DNA of 64,000 nucleotides from Candidatus Saganbacteria bacterium (GTDB lineage Bacteria; Margulisbacteria; WOR-1; O2-12-FULL-45-9): NCBI GenBank assembly GCA_016932255.1, contig JAFGDE010000019.1, positions 8,614 to 72,613 of the forward strand, read 5' to 3'. Shown piece by piece: positions 43,194 to 49,859 of this stretch (position 1 is its first letter; each line of letters starts with the position of its first letter). The notes under the pieces were generated by a model. It saw only the letters and a program-made list of their open reading frames with translations, ran no database searches and was not told where the DNA came from. The position numbers and the translations under genes were made by a program.

Positions 43194-44072
43194 CTATACG
43201 CGTCTAACCACGCGGATCAGAACGAGGTTGGGGTCAAGCAGGATATCGGAAATCCCCTGAGGGCTGCCGGTTTCGGTCCAATAATCCTCAGCGATCTCTC
43301 TTAAACTGTCCCTGGCCTGCTCGATATTATAACTATGCATATGATCGATCGTGTTGCGGTCCAGCCAGCGCACAGGCATAGAGCCCGACTCAGTTGCCCC
43401 GGGCTTCAACGATATCTCCAGCTCATAAACATCGCCGAATTCCCGGGCGTCACTGGCAGAGGTCGTGACAAAGACCGAATCCAGGCGGGAGGGCGAGTCA
43501 GGGAAACGCTCCTGCCTGACCTCTTCGATCAATCTTTCTATCGGCAATTTCTCCAGCACTGCTGCTCTGCGTTCTACAGTTCCGCTGAAGGTCCGCGAAT
43601 AGACCTGGCCGATCTCCGGGGGATGTTCCGGTTTAAAACCCCGATAGACAGTGATGGTTTTACCCTGTTGCAGCATATGCGTCATGATGTCTTCGTTCCA
43701 GAACTGTTGTATATTAACGCTGGAATTTATCTTGGCCGTGCCCAAGCCTTCCAGCTCCTCGAGCGCGGCCCTGTTGCTGAAAGCATGTTCATTCATCCAT
43801 GCCGCTTGTCTCCCTGCTTCTGCATCAGCGGCTTTTTGCTTGGCCGCGTCCTCTTTTATCGTTGCGTAAAGGTTATAGCCTAGGACGACCAGGATAATTA
43901 CGCCTGCCGCGCTGAGAACATTGGTCGGGTTATTCTCACAAGCGGCCAGCAGGAGGCTTAAAGTCGGCAATAATCGGGCTAATTGGCGGTTGGGTGACAG
44001 GGTTGGCCGCAGCTGTCGGGCTGGCTGAGCTATGCGTGAAGCAGGCACTCTTATTGGTGCTGAAGTTCTCAT
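43194..44072 (-). CDS. Duplicated hypothetical protein, long copy (lipobox/TM N-terminus plus a conserved C-terminal domain of about 150 aa)
   Basis: 292 aa from MRTSAPIRVP, with LSLLLAACENN followed by a TM helix. The C-terminal domain FPDSPSRLDSVFVTTSASDAREFGDVYELEISL...PVRWLDRNT...GISDILLDP is shared with 52038-52691. Confidence 0.6.
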   Translation of the reverse strand: MRTSAPIRVPASRIAQPARQLRPTLSPNRQLARLLPTLSLLLAACENNPTNVLSAAGVIILVVLGYNLYATIKEDAAKQKAADAEAGRQAAWMNEHAFSNRAALEELEGLGTAKINSSVNIQQFWNEDIMTHMLQQGKTITVYRGFKPEHPPEIGQVYSRTFSGTVERRAAVLEKLPIERLIEEVRQERFPDSPSRLDSVFVTTSASDAREFGDVYELEISLKPGATESGSMPVRWLDRNTIDHMHSYNIEQARDSLREIAEDYWTETGSPQGISDILLDPNLVLIRVVRRV

Positions 44073-44242
44073 CAAATATATATCGGCAAAAAACAGCGGG
44101 GATTTCAGGTCTTGACGCTGGGGGTAATACCTAACCAATTTGTCGTAATCTCGACGTTTTTTCTCTTGTAGCCTGTAGGCTGTAGCCTGGTAATAACATT
44201 GCTGTTCTCCTCACTTGAAATCGCAATTTGCGATATCAAATT

Positions 44243-44423
44243 GGGGAGGCAGAAGAAAATTCAGAATGCCGAATGCGGAATGCCGAATTAATGTCATATC
44301 ATTATAATGACGTGCTGAGCGAGCGCAGCGAGTCAAAGCACACCTTCATTCTTCATTCTGCATTCTTTATTCCGCATTATCCCTCCCCTTGACGCAGTCA
44401 GCGGCTGGTGGGAAAATATTCGC
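44243..44423. repeat. Type-C MITE-like element E1 with an outward promoter
   Basis: GAATGCC/GAATGCGG left arm, CATTATAATG core, hairpin GTGCTGAGCGAGCGCAGCGAGTCAAAGCAC, right arm CATTCTTCATTCTGCATTCTTTATTCCGCATTATCCC, then TTGACG-17-GAAAAT ending 6 nt before the ATG at 44424. Confidence 0.85.
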
Positions 44424-44750
44424 ATGAAAAGAATTTATTTTGGTCTTCTTATCGGCGCGCTGGCCGGCATTATTGATGTTATTCCGATGCTGCTGCAGAA
44501 ACTTTCCTGGGACGCGAACTTATCGGCTTTTTCAATGTGGGTCGTGGTCGGTTTTCTGGTCTCGACCATTAAGATTAAACTGAACGCCATTTTAAAGGGT
44601 ATCCTGGTCGCCTTTTTAGTTCTCTTGCCCTGCGCCATTATAATTGGCGCGCAAGAGCCGGCTAGTCTGTTCCCGATCGGGGTAATGACCCTGATCCTGG
44701 GGAGCGGTGTGGGCTTTATTATCGGCCGTTCCCAACCCTCCCAGCCCTAA
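44424..44750 (+). CDS. Small integral membrane protein
   Basis: 108 aa with four hydrophobic helices. It starts immediately after element E1. Confidence 0.5.
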   Translation: MKRIYFGLLIGALAGIIDVIPMLLQKLSWDANLSAFSMWVVVGFLVSTIKIKLNAILKGILVAFLVLLPCAIIIGAQEPASLFPIGVMTLILGSGVGFIIGRSQPSQP

Positions 44751-44808
44751 GCCATCTCTCACTTCACGGCCTTTATGGGCCTTTTTAGCCCTTCTGCAGA
44801 TTGACAGC

Positions 44809-44990
44809 GGGAAAAATTACGAATTACGAATGCAGAATGACGAACTGTCGTGTGCCTTCGGCACATTATTATAATGAAGTGCTGAGCGAGCGCAGCGAGT
44901 CGAAGCACACCTTCATTCTTCATTCTGCATTCTTCATTCCGCATTATCCCTTCCCTTGACGCAGGAAGTGAGTGGTGGGAAGATATTGGC
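44809..44990. repeat. Type-C MITE-like element E2 with an outward promoter
   Basis: Same architecture as E1. About 95 bp is near-identical (ATTATAATGA.GTGCTGAGCGAGCGCAGCGAGTC.AAGCACACCTTCATTCTTCATTCTGCATTCT..ATTCCGCATTATCCCT.CCCTTGACGCAG). It also carries the GTGCCTTCGGCAC hairpin. Confidence 0.85.
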
Positions 44991-45644
44991 ATGCCCAAGC
45001 TGATCATCCACAATTCCATCACTCTGGACGGCTCCTTTATCAATTTCCAACCCGATATGGCGGCGCATTATAAAATAGCCGCGGGTTTTAAGCCGCAGGC
45101 GCATCTGATCGGCTCCAACACGATCAAGGAAGGGATCAAATTATATGGCGGCAAGGTGCCGGTTGAGACCGCAGCCGACTTTCACCAGCCCAAGCGGAGC
45201 AAGGCGCTCCCCTATTGGGTGGTCATTGATACGCGGGGCAGTTTAAAGGGCCTGCTCCACACCTGCCGACAGTTCGAGCTCTGCCGGGACGTTATTGTGC
45301 TCGTTTCCAGGAAGACCCCGAAAAGCTATCTTAAGTATCTGGAAGAACGGGATTACAACCATCATGTTCTTGGTCAAGACAGGGTCAACCTGAAGCAGGC
45401 GCTGGCTTTCCTGGCCAAGAGGTATGGGGCGAAGAGAGTGATGACCGATACCGGCAGTATCCTGGCCGATCTTTTGCTCGATCAGGGGCTGGTCGATGAG
45501 GTCAGCTTGCTGGTCCACCCTGTTGTTCTCGGCCAAAAAGGGAAGAATTTTTTCGGCCACCTAAAGAGCGGGCTCAAGTTAAAGCTTAAGACCCAAAAAA
45601 AGCTCGGCAAAGGCCTGGTCTGGCTGGTCTATCAAGTTAATTGA
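44991..45644 (+). CDS. RibD C-terminal / dihydrofolate-reductase-like reductase
   Basis: 217 aa. The N-terminus PKLIIHNSITLDGS and the C-terminal DEVSLLVHPVVLG pattern match the RibD_C family. Confidence 0.75.
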   Translation: MPKLIIHNSITLDGSFINFQPDMAAHYKIAAGFKPQAHLIGSNTIKEGIKLYGGKVPVETAADFHQPKRSKALPYWVVIDTRGSLKGLLHTCRQFELCRDVIVLVSRKTPKSYLKYLEERDYNHHVLGQDRVNLKQALAFLAKRYGAKRVMTDTGSILADLLLDQGLVDEVSLLVHPVVLGQKGKNFFGHLKSGLKLKLKTQKKLGKGLVWLVYQVN

Positions 45645-45787
45645 TAAATTGGCCTTCACCTGTTGATGCAGGGAGCGGGGGGGGGGTTTTTTGCATAATG
45701 CGGCAACCGGTTGCGAAATACGTTTCGTAGCGCGATTTGCGTTACGCGTTAAATCCCAGCTTTTATAAATATTACAACACATCATAA

Positions 45788-46282
45788 TTATTGTGCGGAT
45801 ATTATATTATCTAATAGCTCAACTATCTTTATCGAATCTTCAAAATATTCTCTAATATTTGATGCCGTTGCAGTAGGGTTCCCGCCGTGAGCAAATTCAT
45901 TTCTTAAATCAACAAGTGATTGCAAAGAATCCTGTTCCTTCTTTGTTATACTGCTCATGCGGCTATTAAATTCGCTGCTCCATTCATCGCCAAATTTATT
46001 TAATAATTTTCTAATGTTATACAAAGACGGGTTCATGCTACTCTCTATAATAGTATTCTCCAAGTATTTTTTTGTTTCTATTGTTGTCGAAGCTGCCGCT
46101 TTGTCATATATTATTTTTTTTATAGAGCGCTCAACAGACCCGCAGGCCCTTATTATTGCATACTTTGATAGGAATGGAACAATACTCCCTCCGATTCCAA
46201 ACAGAGGAAGTGAAGCCAGAATTGAATCCAATTCGCTCTGACACGAGGATATTTCTCGCTCGACGATACTATTTATTATCAT
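45788..46282 (-). CDS. Stand-alone HEPN-like protein (Rx4H motif)
   Basis: 164 aa, apparently all-helical, with a single RNEFAH (in LVDLRNEFAHGG) near the C-terminal third. Its start overlaps the DUF262 stop (ATGA at 46279-46282). AT-rich. Confidence 0.65.
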   Translation of the reverse strand: MIINSIVEREISSCQSELDSILASLPLFGIGGSIVPFLSKYAIIRACGSVERSIKKIIYDKAAASTTIETKKYLENTIIESSMNPSLYNIRKLLNKFGDEWSSEFNSRMSSITKKEQDSLQSLVDLRNEFAHGGNPTATASNIREYFEDSIKIVELLDNIISAQ

Positions 46283-47388
46283 TTAAATAAAGCTTCCCGA
46301 GCCATCCTAATCCTTTTTTTTATATTTTCTATACGCGTGGTCCGCACAGTAATTGCATCAGTAAATTCACTATTTTGCAATAATTCCAATTTATTCTTTT
46401 CGGCATTGGCTCTATTCCCCAATGACCCTTTTTGGTCAATCTCTTTTATACAAGCTAAAACAATTGCATCAAAAAGAGGCGGGTGAAACTTGTTATTATA
46501 TTTACCTTTTTTTAAATTATATGTTCGAAAAGCATTCTGTGTAAGACTTGTATTTATCCATTTAAATACTTTTGTTAGTTTTTCCACAACATCTTCTGGT
46601 ATTACTTTGTGCAGATCGCGTTCCATAAACTCATTGAGGTATTTTTTTAATTGAATAGATTCCTTGTCCTCGGACTCAATATTATTCACAACGAATGATA
46701 TAATTCTAGTTAATTGTTCTACATCTTGCATCCGAGAATCAGCAGCTTCGGTTCCAAATAATTTTCTCCAATTTGTTTCACCGTTAAATTCAATTATCGA
46801 CCTGTTTAATTTCCCTTGATATATACAGTTCCTGATTTCTTGCGCATTCAAGGTGCGACCAGAAGTATTAATTCTTTCAAAAATAAGAAACATACTGTTC
46901 GAGTTATTTGTTGGTTTATTCTGTTCAAAGAGTATTGCGTGAATGGTTGTGTTGGTTATTTTTCGTTGCAAAGATTCTTCGAGTTCAGAAAAAGCTTTTC
47001 CGCGCCATTTGCTATTTATCTTTTTAGAATTACTAAGTTTGAATACCTTCCCATCTTCTCTCCATATGCCTTTAAAATAATCATATACAGTCATAATTCT
47101 TTGATATCCATCAATTATTAAGAGTTTCTCTTCGTCAGTTCTCGATAAAAATATACTTGGGACTGGCAATCCTAGTAATAGTGAATCAATAAACCTAGAT
47201 GCCTCTGTTTTGTCCCATACATAGTGTCTCTGCATTTCTGGTTTAACCAGCTCATCTCCTTCATATCGCGAAATTAATTCTCTGAAAGACAAATCTGCCC
47301 CCCATGATCGAATATCATAAAGCTCCGTTGATAACTCTTCTTCCCGCTCATCCTTAATATTTACAATTTCCACTTCTTTTTCTTTCAT
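46279..47388 (-). CDS. DUF262 (ParB-like / GmrSD N-terminal-type) protein lacking a recognisable DUF1524 nuclease
   Basis: 369 aa with a GGAGGAG SD. Motifs MQRHYVWDKTEASRFIDSLLLGLPVPSIF, IIDGYQRIMT and FERINTSGRTLNAQEIRN are present. Confidence 0.8.
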   Translation of the reverse strand: MKEKEVEIVNIKDEREEELSTELYDIRSWGADLSFRELISRYEGDELVKPEMQRHYVWDKTEASRFIDSLLLGLPVPSIFLSRTDEEKLLIIDGYQRIMTVYDYFKGIWREDGKVFKLSNSKKINSKWRGKAFSELEESLQRKITNTTIHAILFEQNKPTNNSNSMFLIFERINTSGRTLNAQEIRNCIYQGKLNRSIIEFNGETNWRKLFGTEAADSRMQDVEQLTRIISFVVNNIESEDKESIQLKKYLNEFMERDLHKVIPEDVVEKLTKVFKWINTSLTQNAFRTYNLKKGKYNNKFHPPLFDAIVLACIKEIDQKGSLGNRANAEKNKLELLQNSEFTDAITVRTTRIENIKKRIRMAREALFK

Positions 47389-47416
47389 TTTTCTCCTCCA
47401 CTAAACAATATGCAAA

Positions 47417-47444
47417 ATTTTACGCCCTTTACAGAATAAAGCAA
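47417..47444 (-). promoter_or_regulatory. Promoter for the DUF262-HEPN pair
   Basis: On the minus strand: TTGCTT, 16 nt, TAAAAT, then a leader of about 28 nt containing GGAGGAG. Confidence 0.5.
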
Positions 47445-47499
47445 GATATTCCCCCACTCCATTGACACAAGGAAGTGGGCGGGGGGATAAATCAATACA

Positions 47500-48567
47500 C
47501 TATTTCAATCTAAGCTCTGATTTTATTTTTGGAAGCGCTTCTCTAAATGGAAGAGTTAAATATTTAAAACGTCTTTGAATTCCAGTACCAATTAGTTCTC
47601 GATATCTATTTTCAACCCCTCCTGAATTATCAGGATTAAACACCCAAAACCGCTCAATATGGCCAGATCCAATTGAACCAAGCGCAAATAAATATTTAAA
47701 AAACATGTCTGTCTCTGGGAGAGAAAAGCCAATAATAAATATATTTTCAGCATCAGAAAGCTCTTTAGCCGCTTGACTCCAAACATTTGATAAAAACTTA
47801 TGATATTCAGATTTATTCCATGTCGGAGGCACAATAAACGGCTCACCGCTAACTTTTTGGGCACAATGCTCCATATTTCCAATTTTAGAACCAATATCAA
47901 TATGGACAGATTTTGTTTCTCCTGGCCATATACTAAAATGATATTTGCTGAAAAAATCTGAAAAATGCCAAGGCACAATTGAACCGCATTTTTTGCATGT
48001 TGCCCAGTTTAAAGACCCGTGCAACTTCAGGTATTTTAGAGAATTAACATATTGAGCCTCAGCTAAACAATATTCAATAGGGACTCTTTGATAATAACAT
48101 GCATAATCAATAAGAATATCGTAATTAAAAGTGATAACAGCGACTTCATTCATCCTCCCCCTCCCACCTAATTCCACAATCATTTTGACAAAATCTGCGT
48201 GAGGAACAAAAGGTTTAGCCCCGCTCCCACTAACCTCAAACTTAATTGAATTTTCCAGTGTCAGAACAATTAATCTTTTAGTTGCGTTGCTTAATTTCTC
48301 AATATCTTCTTTGGAATACACACCAAAGCGTTTTAATATTCTAGACATTTCTATTGCACCAAAAACAGATTCAATATTATCCAAATCTATGTATGATTTG
48401 AAATGTGCTACTCTTAACTCTTCAATTGCCCTAAAAACCATATCAATATTATCTTCACTTCTATTCACTAATCCAAGCAACCTTGCTTTGTCTAAAAAAT
48501 TTGACATTAAAGGAGCTCCAGCAACGACAGATGTGCCAGCTCCCAATATAAATACATTTTTTGCCAT
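47500..48567 (-). CDS. SIR2-like (SIR2_2-type) protein
   Basis: 355 aa from MAKNVFILGAGTS (AGGAGA SD; the track uses an upstream GTG at 48594). Motifs GAGTSVVAGAP, ITFNYDILID, LKLHGSLNW and IFIIGFSLPETD are present. AT-rich. Confidence 0.75.
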   Translation of the reverse strand: MAKNVFILGAGTSVVAGAPLMSNFLDKARLLGLVNRSEDNIDMVFRAIEELRVAHFKSYIDLDNIESVFGAIEMSRILKRFGVYSKEDIEKLSNATKRLIVLTLENSIKFEVSGSGAKPFVPHADFVKMIVELGGRGRMNEVAVITFNYDILIDYACYYQRVPIEYCLAEAQYVNSLKYLKLHGSLNWATCKKCGSIVPWHFSDFFSKYHFSIWPGETKSVHIDIGSKIGNMEHCAQKVSGEPFIVPPTWNKSEYHKFLSNVWSQAAKELSDAENIFIIGFSLPETDMFFKYLFALGSIGSGHIERFWVFNPDNSGGVENRYRELIGTGIQRRFKYLTLPFREALPKIKSELRLK

Positions 48568-48677
48568 AAGACTCTCTCCTTTTCGCACATTCACATATCT
48601 TAATTAAATGTGCAACTATCGACTAAAATCCTACACCCTTAATATAATAAATCAAGCAAAAACGAGAAAAATATGGG

Positions 48678-48750
48678 GAAAATCCGAAATCTCTGCCTGC
48701 CGGCAGGCAGGCGAATGACGAAATCTGCCTAACGGCAGGCAGGTCCGAAC
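48678..48750. repeat. Direct-repeat module DR-L (AAAATCCGAAAT + palindrome + GCGAATGACGA)
   Basis: GAAAATCCGAAATCTCTGCCTGCCGGCAGGCAGGCGAATGACGAAATCTGCCTAACGGCAGGCAGGTCCGAAC, partly repeated at 49369-49431. Confidence 0.8.
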
Positions 48751-48833
48751 AAGGAATTAAAATAAATATATCTGATCCAACACCTGCGGGCTAAACTCAA
48801 AGATCTCACAGCCATTGCGCGATTCGCGAGCGC

Positions 48834-48903
48834 GGGAAAATAATGCAGAATTCAGAATGAAGAATGCAGAATTGAGGGGTCGCTGCGCGACATTATAATA
48901 ATG
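48834..48903. repeat. Type-C element, left half only
   Basis: GGGAAAATAATGCAGAATTCAGAATGAAGAATGCAGAATTGAGGG-GTCGCTGCGCGAC-ATTATAATAATG. No right arm follows. Confidence 0.8.
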
Positions 48904-48932
48904 TGACATTGTTCGGATTTCTGATCTAGGAT

Positions 48933-49295
48933 CTATTCTTCGTCCAGGCTTCTGGCAAACTGCTCGCTGTAGACGTTATCGACCATCTCGTTCAGTTCGT
49001 GCTTGACCGACCGCCTGGCCGATTCGTTAAGCTCGCCGTTCTCCTCGATCGAGGCAAAGCCGCGTTCGACCGACATGGCAAAACTGTCGGGAATAAAGAT
49101 CGGTTCTTTCCCTTCGATCAGCTCACCAGGCTCCTCAACCACAATCGAACCGTTTTGGATGCGGGCAGTAGCCCGGACCGTCTGGTGGCCGGCAGCGGCC
49201 AGATAACGCCGGTCGGTCGGGCGGGCCGGAACGGTCCTGATCTGGACCACCCTGGCATTGGCCAGGCCGATCACGCTAATATTCAAGATTTTCAT
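48933..49295 (-). CDS. Hypothetical protein
   Basis: 120 aa with no motif I recognise and an acidic C-terminus. Coding status rests on ORF length and codon-usage feel only. Confidence 0.4.
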   Translation of the reverse strand: MKILNISVIGLANARVVQIRTVPARPTDRRYLAAAGHQTVRATARIQNGSIVVEEPGELIEGKEPIFIPDSFAMSVERGFASIEENGELNESARRSVKHELNEMVDNVYSEQFARSLDEE

Positions 49296-49368
49296 TGGTC
49301 ATGCTCCTTGGAGAATACATTTCCCTATATATTATCCGGAAATAAGGGGGATAATTTCAAAGGGACCA

Positions 49369-49431
49369 TAAAATCCGAAATTCGAAGCTGGCCGGCAGAC
49401 AGGCGAATGACGAGGTCCGAATAAAGAAAGA
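49369..49431. repeat. Direct-repeat module DR-R (degenerate copy of DR-L)
   Basis: TAAAATCCGAAATTCGAAGCTGGCCGGCAGACAGGCGAATGACGAGGTCCGAAT. Confidence 0.75.
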
Positions 49432-49434
49432 TAA

Positions 49435-49845
49435 TTATGATACCTTGCGAAGGGATAGTTTTACCAGGCCGCCTGACCGCAATTCCTTAACCCTCAACTC
49501 CGGCTGGAGCAGACCGGCTAAATTGGGAATAAATGGCAGATGGCCAGCGATCAGGATGGGCTGGTCAGCCTCGCGCAACAGGTCAGCGATCGGCCGGGGA
49601 TCATCGTTGGGCTTGAGGCCCTTCTTTTCAATGACCCTGGCAACCTTAAGGACATTGGCAATGATCTCAGCCGTCTGCTTTGCCCGCAATTTGCCGCTGT
49701 GCCAGATCTCAGCGACCTTAGCCCCTTCAGCCAGGAGCTGCCCGGCAGTCGCCTCCACCTCAGCCCGCCCCTCTTCGCTCAACGGCCGGGCCGGGTCGTC
49801 TTTTTCAGGAACAGCCTCACCGTGGCGCACCAAATAAATAAACAT
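49435..49845 (-). CDS. sixA: Phosphohistidine phosphatase SixA
   Basis: 136 aa with MFIYLVRHGEA...PLSEEGR...SGKLRAKQTA...AGHLP. Confidence 0.85.
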   Translation of the reverse strand: MFIYLVRHGEAVPEKDDPARPLSEEGRAEVEATAGQLLAEGAKVAEIWHSGKLRAKQTAEIIANVLKVARVIEKKGLKPNDDPRPIADLLREADQPILIAGHLPFIPNLAGLLQPELRVKELRSGGLVKLSLRKVS

Positions 49846-49859
49846 GGCAATAATTCCCC

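Noticed and set aside
43194-44072. The duplicated unknown domain might be an R-S-ExE ADP-ribosyltransferase (VYRGF ... FVTTSAS ... YELE in the long copy).
   Set aside because: The short paralog has YSG instead of YRG, and the spacing is only loosely ART-like. I cannot support this without profile or structure searches, so I kept it as 'unknown domain'.
44759-45043. Track ORFs encode peptides such as NEECRMKNEG / AECRMKN / PACRQAG (44759-45043, 54622-54921, 36082-36312, and the N-terminal part of 37484-38005).
   Set aside because: They are read-throughs of type-C arms and palindromes on the opposite strand or frame of real genes or intergenic repeats. They have no independent coding signal.
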